A stretch of 64,000 nucleotides of DNA from positions 3,424,001-3,488,000 of the forward strand of contig CAWCKH010000004.1 in assembly GCA_963796055.1 (NCBI GenBank), in the 5' to 3' direction. The notes beneath the pieces are model-generated. The model searched no databases. It saw only the letters and a list, made by a program, of their open reading frames with translations, and had not been told where the DNA came from. The position numbers and the translations under genes are program-made. The stretch is from an uncultured delta proteobacterium. GTDB taxonomy: Bacteria; Myxococcota; Myxococcia; Myxococcales; Myxococcaceae. Positions 38,719 to 47,721 of this stretch are shown piece by piece. The stretch's first letter is position 1. Each line of letters begins with the position of its first letter.

Positions 38719-39750
38719 TCAGGCCGCGATGTCGAGCACGATCCTTCCATCGACCTGCCCGGTCCTCAGATCGGCAAAGACCCGGTTGATGTCCTCCAAC
38801 CTGGCGCGGTGGATGTGCGCCCGCACCTTCCCGTCCGCAACGAAGGCCAGGGCCTCCGCAAGGTCCTCGCGGGTGCCGACAATCGAGCCCCGGACGGTGA
38901 TTCGCTTCAGGACCACGTCGAAGATCGACATGGGGAAATCACCGGGGGGCAGGCCAACGAGGCTCACCGTTCCCTTGCGCCGCGGCAGCTGGAGCGCCTG
39001 CGCGAACGCCCCCCGCGAGACGGCGGTGACCAGGACACCGTGGGCTCCGCCGCCGGTGGCCTTCATCACCTGCTCCACCGCGTCTGGCCGCCGCGCGTCC
39101 ACCGCCAGCTGCGCGCCCAGGGTCCGCGCCAGGCCGAGCTTCTCCTCGGACACGTCGAGCGCCGCCACGTGCAGCCCCATGGCCCGGGCATACTGGATGG
39201 CGATGTGGCCCAACCCGCCAACTCCGGAAATCGCGATCCACTCGCCGGGCCGTGCCTCGGTCTCCTTGATGCCCTTGTAGGTGGTGACCCCCGCGCAGAG
39301 GATGGGCGCGATGGCTCCGAAGTCGACGCGATCCGGGAGACGCGCCACATAGGCAGCCGATCCGAGGGCGTACTCGGCGAAGCTTCCGTTCACCGAGTAG
39401 CCGCTGTTGCGCTGGGCCGCGCAGAGAGTCTCCCAGCCCGTGATGCAGAACTCGCACTCGCCGCAGGCATCGTGGAGCCAGGCGATGCCGACCGGATCGC
39501 CTTCCTTCAGGTTCTTCACGCCCGGACCGACGGCGGCGACCACGCCTGCACCCTCGTGTCCGGGCACGAACGGCAAGCTCGGCTTGACCGGCCAGTCGCC
39601 GTCCCCGGCGTGGAGGTCCGTATGACAGACCCCTGTCGACCGGATCTTCACCAGGACCTCTCCTGGTCCGGGTGTGGGAATGGGAATCTCCTCGATCGCC
39701 AGCGGCTCCTGGAATTTCCGGACCACTGCTGCCTTCATCGTTCCGTGCAT
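38719..39750 (-). CDS. adhP: Zinc-dependent alcohol dehydrogenase
   Basis: GVCHTDLH, GHEGAG, CGECEFC, PILCAGVTTYKG. Confidence 0.95.
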   Translation of the reverse strand: MHGTMKAAVVRKFQEPLAIEEIPIPTPGPGEVLVKIRSTGVCHTDLHAGDGDWPVKPSLPFVPGHEGAGVVAAVGPGVKNLKEGDPVGIAWLHDACGECEFCITGWETLCAAQRNSGYSVNGSFAEYALGSAAYVARLPDRVDFGAIAPILCAGVTTYKGIKETEARPGEWIAISGVGGLGHIAIQYARAMGLHVAALDVSEEKLGLARTLGAQLAVDARRPDAVEQVMKATGGGAHGVLVTAVSRGAFAQALQLPRRKGTVSLVGLPPGDFPMSIFDVVLKRITVRGSIVGTREDLAEALAFVADGKVRAHIHRARLEDINRVFADLRTGQVDGRIVLDIAA

Positions 39751-39770
39751 GGTTTCGGTCCCCTGCTGAG

Positions 39771-40022
39771 TCAGTGTTGCTGAGCGGGAGCCACCCGCTC
39801 GCCGCGACCCTGGTCTGGGCTGGCCACCCAGTTCCGGTCGGGCATCTCCTCGTACCGTCGCTTCACCGCACCCCACGCCATGCGGACGGCGTGCTCCTGG
39901 TCCCCGTGCTGGTCGAAGCAGTGGTTGAATGCTTCCCGGAAGATGTCCTGCGCCCGCTCGGGGAGCCGGCGCTGGATCGTCCCGGGCAGGTCCGCGTTGT
40001 TCGGAAATGGCCCGTGTTTCAT
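39771..40022 (-). CDS. chaB: ChaB family protein
   Basis: DLP...LPERAQDIFREAFN...AWGAVKRRYE. Confidence 0.88.
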   Translation of the reverse strand: MKHGPFPNNADLPGTIQRRLPERAQDIFREAFNHCFDQHGDQEHAVRMAWGAVKRRYEEMPDRNWVASPDQGRGERVAPAQQH

Positions 40023-40492
40023 TCTGAAGAACTGACGCACCCGGCGAGAATTTTGTTTCTACCGGTGGCTGGCGGGGGCTATCAGCCGGGCTTCGATCGC
40101 ACGGGTACCCTCGACCTGAGCGACGACGTTCTCGGTCCCAGATTCACCCTCGTTGGCCTTAGCGCCGATCCTTGGCCGTTCAGCTCGCAGTAGCGGCGGG
40201 CCAGCGACGCCGCGGTCCCGTTGTGGTGCTCGGTCTGCCCGGCAAAGCGATCGAGGTAACCGGCCGCGGCGGCCCCGATCTCGTGCTGCGGAAGGGCTCC
40301 GACGTATTTCTGCAGCATCCCCATGAGGTTAGCGACGGCGGCGTGTGTTTCACGGCAGCGGCCCAGACCCGTGGAAAGAGCCGCTCGCGGCGGTGGTCTG
40401 GCGGTGCACCGGAAACACCGCGGCGCCCGGGCGCAACCGAACGAACAACCGTGAGCCCTCTGCAAACAACGAACGTCGCCAGAACCCGCCGC

Positions 40493-41977
40493 ATGGCCCC
40501 GGTGCCGCGGGCCGATGTGGTCAGGGCGAGGCTGGGGAGAGCTCTCCTTCTCCTCGTCTCGCTCGGATGGGCAGTGCCCGTTCTTGGTGCCGAGGAGAAG
40601 CCGGAGCCGACGCCTCCGTCCTCCGAGCCGATGTCCGCGCCCTCTCAGCCGGCACCGCCGCCCTCGGACGCGGCGGCCTCCGCATCCGGCTCGGCGACCC
40701 CGCCCGCGGAACTTCCGCCCCGCCGTGACGTCCCGGACTACCGTCAGCTCGACTCCGATCCGACCACGGCGGGAGACGCCCTCATCTGGGTGCCCCGGGT
40801 CGTCCTGCTTCCGGCATATCTGGTCACCGAGTACGCGCTGCGCGCCCCGGTGGGCGGGGTCAGCACCGTCGCGGAGAAGAACAACTGGGCCGGGTCCCTC
40901 TACGACTTCTTCGCCTTCGGCCCCAACCACCGCGGCGGGATCTTGCCGACGTTCTCCTTCAACACCGGGTTCCGGCCGACCATCGGGGCCCACTTCTTCT
41001 GGGACGACACGTTCGTCGCCAGGAACACCTTCACCTCGGACGTCGCGTGGGGCGGCTCGGACTGGATCCGGGTGGCGCTCGGGGATCGGTACACGTTCTC
41101 CGGGGGCGACTGGATCGCGCTCCAGGCTCAGTGGCAGCGCCGCCCGGACTATGTCTACTTCGGCATCGGGCCGGACACCTCAGACGATTTCCGCTCCCGC
41201 TACGGCACCGACGAGATCGAGGGGCGGCTGACCTACGTGCACCGGGTGGGCCCGCTTCGGCTGGAGAGCCACGGCCGCGTGTACCGCACCGTGTTCCGCG
41301 ACTACAACTGCTGCGGCGACCCCACCGTTGCCGAGCGGGTCGAGCGCGGCGAGCTGGCGCCTCCCCCCGGCTACGGTCAGAACACCACTGCGGCGGAGAT
41401 TGGACTGCGGGCGGTGCTCGACACCCGACCGACCGGGTACACCAACCGCAGCGGGGTTCGGATCGGAGTCGCGGTCGCGCCCGCCGTGGACACCACCCAG
41501 GGTTTCGATCGCTCCTGGATCCACTACGGCGCGCACGTCGAGGGTTCCTGGGACGTGACCGGCAAGGGCCGGGTGCTCAGCCTCGGCGTGTTCACCGCCT
41601 TCTCCGACCCGATGGGCGACCAGCCGGTCCCGTTCAACGAGCTCGTCGTGGTGGGGGGGACCGAGCCCTTTGCCGGGTTCATGGCCGGTCGGCTTCGGGA
41701 CCGGAGCGCCGCCGCGGCGCAGCTCTCCTGGCGATGGCCGGTGTTCGATTACCTGGACGGAGTCGTGGCGGTCAGCTTCGGGAACGTCTTCGACAAGCAC
41801 CTGAGGAACTTCCGCTGGGACGCGCTCCGGGGATTGTTCGAGGTCGGCCTCCGGACCCAGCCCTCCTTCGGACGGAGCAGCTTCCAGATGGTCTTCGGAA
41901 TGGGGAGCGAGCCGTTCTCCAGGGGCTTCAGCATCAACTCCTTCCGCTTCGCTCTCGGGGTCACCTATGGAATCTAA
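40493..41977 (+). CDS. Omp85/BamA-TamA family outer-membrane beta-barrel protein
   Basis: Signal peptide, amphipathic beta strands, GG...AGF..GRLRD loop motif, C-terminal FRFALGVTYGI; start uncertain. Confidence 0.8.
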   Translation: MAPVPRADVVRARLGRALLLLVSLGWAVPVLGAEEKPEPTPPSSEPMSAPSQPAPPPSDAAASASGSATPPAELPPRRDVPDYRQLDSDPTTAGDALIWVPRVVLLPAYLVTEYALRAPVGGVSTVAEKNNWAGSLYDFFAFGPNHRGGILPTFSFNTGFRPTIGAHFFWDDTFVARNTFTSDVAWGGSDWIRVALGDRYTFSGGDWIALQAQWQRRPDYVYFGIGPDTSDDFRSRYGTDEIEGRLTYVHRVGPLRLESHGRVYRTVFRDYNCCGDPTVAERVERGELAPPPGYGQNTTAAEIGLRAVLDTRPTGYTNRSGVRIGVAVAPAVDTTQGFDRSWIHYGAHVEGSWDVTGKGRVLSLGVFTAFSDPMGDQPVPFNELVVVGGTEPFAGFMAGRLRDRSAAAAQLSWRWPVFDYLDGVVAVSFGNVFDKHLRNFRWDALRGLFEVGLRTQPSFGRSSFQMVFGMGSEPFSRGFSINSFRFALGVTYGI

Positions 41978-43655
41978 GGATCTCACCCGCATCGCGCTGG
42001 TGGCCGTCGCCGTGTGGGTGCTCTTCGTGTTGGGGATCCTCACCGGCTGCGCCTCCGGTCCGCGCCAGTTCAAGGCCGCACCTACCCTCTGGACAGACGA
42101 TGACCGCCGGCCGTTCGAGCGCCCCCCGGAGACCTCGTACATCCCGAAGTACTGGGACGGCGCCGACCACATCGTCTTTCGGCCTCTCTCCCACATGTTT
42201 CTGCTCGAGACCTCGCGCCCGGCAGTGAACGTGAACGCCTTCGACGAGGTCCCAGATTCGAGCTGGTTCGTGAATCGACTGTCGCGACATATAATGACAG
42301 CGGAGGAGATCGCCCGCGGCGCTTGCTCTCGGCCATCGCCCGAGGCGGACCTGCCGTGGAAGGTCGTGGCGGCGAAGGCCGATGGCGACAACCCGGGATT
42401 CCAGATCACGACCCGATCCGGGACCAGGTACCTCCTGAAGTTCGACAACAAGAGCCAGTGGGAGCGGGCATCGGCGGCGGACGTGGTGGGCAGCCGGCTC
42501 TACTTCGCCGCCGGATTCCAGGCGCCGTGCAACCGCGTGGTCTACTTCCGTCCCGCCGACCTTCAGGCCCCCGAAAAGCCGACCCCAGGCTCGGACGGGA
42601 AGCCGCTCACCCGTGAGAGCATCGAGGGCATGCTCAAGGACCTCCCGCGCGAGCAGGATGGCACTCTCCGTGGCCTGGCCAGCGAGTTCCTGCCAGGGAA
42701 GCCGATCGGGCCCTGGCTCTACGAGGGCGTGCGCGGGGACGACCCGAACGACGCGGTCCCGCACCAGGACCGCCGAGAGCTCCGCGGCTCGCGGCTCCTC
42801 GCCGCCTGGATCAGCCATCACGATGCGCGCTCGATGAACACGCTGGCGCTCTGGGCCGATGACGGGGGCGGACGGGGCCACGTCGAGCATTACATGATCG
42901 ACTGGGGAGATACCCTCGGCGGCCTGATCCAGATCGGGAGCGGCACCAATTCCATGATGGACAGGCTCTCCCGCCGCGTCGGTTACACCTACTACATCGA
43001 CTTCGGGGCGATCGCGACCGACTTCTTCACCTTCGGCGCGCTGGAGCGCCCCTGGGAGCGCGCTCACTACGGGCCGGCCGGGAAAATCTTCGGTTACTTC
43101 AACGACGAGGAGTTCGTCGCCGAGGACTGGAAGGCGGGATACCCCAATCCCGCGTTCTCCAACATGGTGGAGGAGGACGGCGCCTGGATGGCGCGGATCA
43201 TCGCCCGCTTCGACGACGAGACCATCTCTGCGGTGGTCCGCGAGGCGCGCCTTACCAGCCCAGTGGCCCGGAGCGAGCTCGCGCGCATCCTTCGGGGCAG
43301 GCGCGACCGGATCCTCCAGCGGTACCTCCTGCGGCTCTCCTCGCTCACCGACGCGCGGGTCGAGGACCACACCCTCTGTGTCCGCGACCGGGCCGCGGAG
43401 GCCGCCGTACCCCCCGCCCGCGCCTTCTCCGCCCGGATCTGGTCTTCGTCGACGAGCTTCGGCGACCTCCCGGTCCAGCGCCGGAGCGAAGGCGAGCTGT
43501 GCACCGTGCTCCCGGCGCTGCCTCCTGGCCAGCAGATCGTGGAGCTGTCCACCGGCAGGCCAGGCCAGGGACCCCTCTGGGTTCACGTTCAGGAGGCGTC
43601 GGCCGCACGGGTGGTCGGGCTGCGACGACCGGAATCCGCGGACCAGGCGCTCTAG
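41967..43655 (+). CDS. Lipoprotein with an atypical protein-kinase-like domain
   Basis: LTGC lipobox; K.DG.NPGF, YLLKFD, E, HHDARSMN, YMIDWG motifs in kinase order. Confidence 0.75.
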   Translation: MESKDLTRIALVAVAVWVLFVLGILTGCASGPRQFKAAPTLWTDDDRRPFERPPETSYIPKYWDGADHIVFRPLSHMFLLETSRPAVNVNAFDEVPDSSWFVNRLSRHIMTAEEIARGACSRPSPEADLPWKVVAAKADGDNPGFQITTRSGTRYLLKFDNKSQWERASAADVVGSRLYFAAGFQAPCNRVVYFRPADLQAPEKPTPGSDGKPLTRESIEGMLKDLPREQDGTLRGLASEFLPGKPIGPWLYEGVRGDDPNDAVPHQDRRELRGSRLLAAWISHHDARSMNTLALWADDGGGRGHVEHYMIDWGDTLGGLIQIGSGTNSMMDRLSRRVGYTYYIDFGAIATDFFTFGALERPWERAHYGPAGKIFGYFNDEEFVAEDWKAGYPNPAFSNMVEEDGAWMARIIARFDDETISAVVREARLTSPVARSELARILRGRRDRILQRYLLRLSSLTDARVEDHTLCVRDRAAEAAVPPARAFSARIWSSSTSFGDLPVQRRSEGELCTVLPALPPGQQIVELSTGRPGQGPLWVHVQEASAARVVGLRRPESADQAL

Positions 43656-43688
43656 AGGCGTAGGAGCCATCGGTAAACATCGCCGTCC

Positions 43689-44141
43689 TTGCCGGAGACA
43701 GACAACAACCTGAACCGGGCGACGGTGACCGACGCCGGCGCGCGGGGGCTTTTCGTCGACCTGAAGCGCGCCGCGGGGAGGATCCAGGGGACCATCCGGG
43801 TGGACCTGCCGGTGGATCTCCAGGCGAAGGGAAACCAGATCACGGGCCGCTACGCGGGCGCCAACTTCGATCTCACGCTGATGCCGGATGGCGACGAGAC
43901 CCGGGCGACGGGCCTGCTCCGCGGGCAGCCGTCGACCGTCTGGCTGAGCCCGCAGAAGATCCGCGGCACGGTCGGCGAGTGCCGGTTCGATCTCGTCTGG
44001 GGGGCGGGGCGGTACACCGGGCTGCGGACCTGCGGGCCCATGGCCAACGAGACCGTGAGCCTGCTCGTCCCCGCGGCGCTCGCGAGCTGGAGCGATCCCG
44101 AGGCGGCCGCGCTGCTGACCCTGGTGGTGCCGCGGCAGTGA
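43689..44141 (+). CDS. Hypothetical beta-rich protein, possibly 5' truncated
   Basis: 150-aa ORF with good codon bias, TTG start. Confidence 0.65.
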   Translation: MPETDNNLNRATVTDAGARGLFVDLKRAAGRIQGTIRVDLPVDLQAKGNQITGRYAGANFDLTLMPDGDETRATGLLRGQPSTVWLSPQKIRGTVGECRFDLVWGAGRYTGLRTCGPMANETVSLLVPAALASWSDPEAAALLTLVVPRQ

Positions 44142-44221
44142 GTGGTGGCGTGGCCGGGCGCTCAGGCTCGGCCGAGGCTGGGGGGCGAAACAATCCGCGG
44201 GAGCGCAACGACTCCTCTCCG

Positions 44222-44635
44222 ATGAGCCTTCGCGCTGCCTCCCTCTGCTTCTCCATCTCACTCCTCATCGCCCCGCTCGCGATCGCCCAGGAGGTCGTGC
44301 CGCCTTCCCCCTCCCAGGAGGCGGTGGCTGCCTGCGTCGGTCGCGAGTCCGGGGCGTCCTGTCCCTTGCAGCACCAGGGGCAGAGCGTCACCGGGAGCTG
44401 CCGGCAGCTGCCCGGCGGGGCCGTCGCCTGCGCCCCCGAACCGCCGCGCTCCGGGTCCACCTCCGAGGCGCTCGAGGCCTGCCAGGGTCAGCAGGATGGC
44501 GCGGCTTGCGGCATCGCCGGCCCTCGAGGGGAGCCGTTCGCTGGCGTCTGCCGGAGCGGTCCGCCCGGTGAACCGGCGGCCTGCGTGCCCAACGGCCCGC
44601 CGCAGCCTTCCGGTGCCGGCGGCAGCGGTCGGTGA
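44222..44635 (+). CDS. Secreted Cys-rich protein with two internal repeats
   Basis: Signal peptide; two EA..AC.G...GA.C........G.C.......AC.P units. Confidence 0.75.
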   Translation: MSLRAASLCFSISLLIAPLAIAQEVVPPSPSQEAVAACVGRESGASCPLQHQGQSVTGSCRQLPGGAVACAPEPPRSGSTSEALEACQGQQDGAACGIAGPRGEPFAGVCRSGPPGEPAACVPNGPPQPSGAGGSGR

Positions 44636-44779
44636 TCCGCTGACCCGGTACCGGAAGCTGTCGAGGATCATGCGACGCACGAGGTGGTGAAGTCTCGGCG
44701 GCTGTCGAGGGTACTCCTCGTCGCCGCGGAAACACCCGACCGTGGCGCCGCGACCGAGCACGGAAGGCAAGGAGTCGCC

Positions 44780-45418
44780 ATGTCACCGAAGCTTTTCGCC
44801 AGGGCCTGCAGCGCGTTCACCATGCTCGCGCTCGCGGCCTGCGCGAGCACGGAATTCAAGAACACCTGGAAGGCGCCCGATGCGGCACCGCTCTCGGTGA
44901 AGCCGGGTGACGTGGTCGTCACCATGGTGATCAGCAAGGAGGAGACGATTCGCAGGAGCGGAGAGGACCAGCTCGGCGACGAGCTGCGGCAGCGCGGGCT
45001 CCGACCCATCGCCTCGTACACCCTCATTCCCACGCCCGCGGTCGACGACCGGCCGAGGGCAGAGGCCGCCATCCGGTCCTCCGGCGCGGTCGCGGTCTTC
45101 GTCGTGCGGCCCATCGCGATCGACAAGGAGCAGCGCTACGTGCCGACCACGTACATGGGCCCGGCCCCTGGTTTCGGGTCCTTCTACACTCGGGGGTGGG
45201 GCTCCGCCTACGGCGGCTACTACGTCACCGAGACGGTGGTGAAGCTGGAGACGCTCGTCTTCGATCTGAAACAGGACAAGCTGATCTGGGCAGGGCAGAG
45301 CGAGACCACCAACCCCGACAAGCTCGAGGATTTCGTGCGGGAGCTGGTGAAGGTCGGCGTTGCCCAGCTGCGGAAGGAAGGCGTCATCGCTGGAGAGCCA
45401 TCCGGGCGGCAGAGCTGA
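44780..45418 (+). CDS. Lipoprotein (DUF4136-like)
   Basis: AAGGAG RBS; LAAC lipobox; LETLVFDLKQDKLIWAGQSET. Confidence 0.8.
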   Translation: MSPKLFARACSAFTMLALAACASTEFKNTWKAPDAAPLSVKPGDVVVTMVISKEETIRRSGEDQLGDELRQRGLRPIASYTLIPTPAVDDRPRAEAAIRSSGAVAVFVVRPIAIDKEQRYVPTTYMGPAPGFGSFYTRGWGSAYGGYYVTETVVKLETLVFDLKQDKLIWAGQSETTNPDKLEDFVRELVKVGVAQLRKEGVIAGEPSGRQS

Positions 45419-45446
45419 CTTCGAAACGTCCGGAGGCACCCCAGCC

Positions 45447-45705
45447 CGGTGTCGACACAGAGGGGCTGTGTCTCGAGCGCGGTGACGAGCCTGGGAGTGC
45501 CGGAGCGGAGTGCACGGGGTCAGTGCTGGCTGATCACTTCAAGGAACGTCGTCCGCTTGCCGATCGCCAGCACCCAGAGGCACCGCACGAGACAGCGGGC
45601 GCCAAACTCCCGGTAGATGATTCCGAGGTTCTGCACCACGTCACGTCCGGTGATGATTCCGCGCATTGCACGGATCCCACCTAGCAATGTGAAGGCCAAC
45701 GTCAG
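45447..45705. repeat. Duplicated segment, copy 2
   Basis: Matches 37206-37515. Confidence 0.92.
45520..45666 (-). CDS. 48-aa microprotein (copy 2)
   Basis: Protein identical to 37329..37475. Confidence 0.8.
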   Translation of the reverse strand: MRGIITGRDVVQNLGIIYREFGARCLVRCLWVLAIGKRTTFLEVISQH

Positions 45706-45749
45706 GCCGCCGCGCGGGTAGTCGTTTCCAAAGCGGTGCGTTGCGTCGC

Positions 45750-45766
45750 GGCAAATTGCCGTCCAG
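45750..45766 (-). promoter_or_regulatory. Putative sigma54 promoter upstream of microprotein copy 2
   Basis: Minus strand CTGGACGGCAATTTGCC (GG-N10-GC with TTTGC). Confidence 0.45.
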
Positions 45767-45934
45767 CTTCGGGCGAGCGTGAAGGATGAGGCGCGCTGCC
45801 TCGCCGGACACGCCCCTCCGCTCAGGCGACTGCGCCCGAGCCTGGGTCCGTTGCTGCACTGGCCGCGGTAACACACGTGACCGGTGGTGCCTCTCAGCCT
45901 GTGGGGCCAGTGGCTCCGATCCTGGAGGTTCGAG

Positions 45935-46822
45935 ATGGCGCACGTGAGGTGGCTGTGGGCAGCGGCGCTCGCAACGGGGTGCGCGACCACTCCCACCGTC
46001 GCCCCGACGTTCACCTATGCGCCGCGCTCCGGGACCCACTACGTCCGGACGGTGAAGGTGGTGAATGAGACCACTGTGATCGGGAGCCCGCTCCGGCAGC
46101 GAGAGGAGCAGGAATTCGTGTGGAACGTGGCATTCACCCGCCAGGGGGACCTCACCCTGGTCACGCACCAGCTCCAGCGGTTGACGGTCCGGGTCAACGA
46201 CGCCGAGATGCCTGGCCTGGAGCGAGCCGCCAGGGAGGCATTGTCGGTCGACCTCCTGGTGAGCTCGGAGCCCCGGGTTCTCGAGGTCCGGGGCGCGGAG
46301 CGGGCCGCTCAGATCCTGTCGAGCCTGGCCCCCGTGGCATCCGACGCGACCTCCGGTCCGGTCATGGGCCCCGAGCAGGTGAGGCAGATCGCCGTCGCGC
46401 TGTTCGAGATGGCGGTGCGCGACGTGGTGGGCCATCCGACCGCAGCGGGATCGACCTGGGTTGCGAGCGATCCCGACCCCGCGGTCGAACGGAAGAGGAT
46501 GAGCGTCGACCGGCTCGAGCCCTGCGGGGTTGCCCGGTGCGCCCGGGTCACGGCTCAGTACCAGATGAGCTCGCAGGGCACAGTGCGCGCAATGCGCTCT
46601 GCGCAGACGTTCCTGGAACGAAGTGGGGTGAACCCGGCCGAGACGGAGGTGCTCTCCGCTCAGCTCGACTACCAGGACGAGCTGCTTCTCGAGCCCGGAA
46701 CCCTGGTGGATCATGGCGCCAGATTCTCCCGGATCACGCGGGTCACCTTCACAGGGCCGCAAGGCAATCCCATTTCGGTCGAGTTCCGCGCCACTCTCGA
46801 GCAGAGCTCGACGTTTCCCTGA
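45935..46822 (+). CDS. Putative lipoprotein
   Basis: GGAGG RBS; ALATGC lipobox. Confidence 0.85.
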   Translation: MAHVRWLWAAALATGCATTPTVAPTFTYAPRSGTHYVRTVKVVNETTVIGSPLRQREEQEFVWNVAFTRQGDLTLVTHQLQRLTVRVNDAEMPGLERAAREALSVDLLVSSEPRVLEVRGAERAAQILSSLAPVASDATSGPVMGPEQVRQIAVALFEMAVRDVVGHPTAAGSTWVASDPDPAVERKRMSVDRLEPCGVARCARVTAQYQMSSQGTVRAMRSAQTFLERSGVNPAETEVLSAQLDYQDELLLEPGTLVDHGARFSRITRVTFTGPQGNPISVEFRATLEQSSTFP

Positions 46823-46953
46823 CTCGAGGCAGGATTGAGGCGCACCGCAACCGCGGAGGGTTCACCGGCCGGGGAGCTCGAGCTCGAGCGCCACCAGGTT
46901 AGACCGCGACGCCGGGACGGACCGACTCGACCGCGACGCCGATCGAGCCGCCC

Positions 46954-47454
46954 TCAGGCAGCGAAGCGAGAACCGGCGAGCACCCACCGGGCCTGCTCGT
47001 ACACCACTCGGCGCAGCGCCAGCTGGCGCGGCCTCGTCGCCGTCCAGTCGATGGCCCGGGTGCAACCGTGCACGTCGCTCATGTCGGAGAAGGCATGCAG
47101 CCGGTGAGCACTCCAGAACCAGGCCGTGACCTCGGCGTTGTGCGGCACCACCAGGTCGGGGTGCTTCACCAGATCGAGCGCCAGGGCCGCCCCTGCCGCT
47201 TGATAGTTCCGGAGGCCGGTCAGCTGGATCCACCCTCGACCGAAATAGGGTGTCAAGGCGCGGCGTGAGCCGTCCATCTCCTCGAGGAGAGTGAAGGAGT
47301 CCGACCTGACGGCGAGCTGCGCCACCAGCATCGCCGCCCGCAGGTCGGTGACGCTGCGGGTGCGGGCCAGGATGGCGTTCAGTGCCGCGACCGCGCCCGC
47401 AGGTGCGCCGGGACAGATGGCCCTGAGCTGGGCGGTGGTGAGTGTGATGGCCAC
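46954..47454 (-). CDS. GH19 chitinase/lysozyme-like protein lacking the catalytic HE motif (copy 2)
   Basis: YFGRGWIQLTGLRNY, DLVKHPDLV, AWFW; QLAVRS in place of QxxHES; paralog of 35429..35932. Confidence 0.8.
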   Translation of the reverse strand: MAITLTTAQLRAICPGAPAGAVAALNAILARTRSVTDLRAAMLVAQLAVRSDSFTLLEEMDGSRRALTPYFGRGWIQLTGLRNYQAAGAALALDLVKHPDLVVPHNAEVTAWFWSAHRLHAFSDMSDVHGCTRAIDWTATRPRQLALRRVVYEQARWVLAGSRFAA

Positions 47455-47721
47455 GTCAGAGTTGTGTCGCTCTGCGCCTCGATGTTTCCGTACGTCCAGG
47501 CCAGCCCTGCGCCGGCGCATTCCGATGGCCGCTCTGCCGGCGACCCATGGCCTGGAGTGTCGCGGAAACAAGCTGCAGCAGCCGTGACACCCACCTGGAT
47601 GAAGGGGTCCGGGGGACGCCTCGCGCAGCCCGGATCAGGAGATGAGGGACGCAGGATTCGTAAGAGCTGAGAGCGCTCACAAGCCCGTGAGCGGAGATCC
47701 GAGACGTCGGGACGAGAAGCC

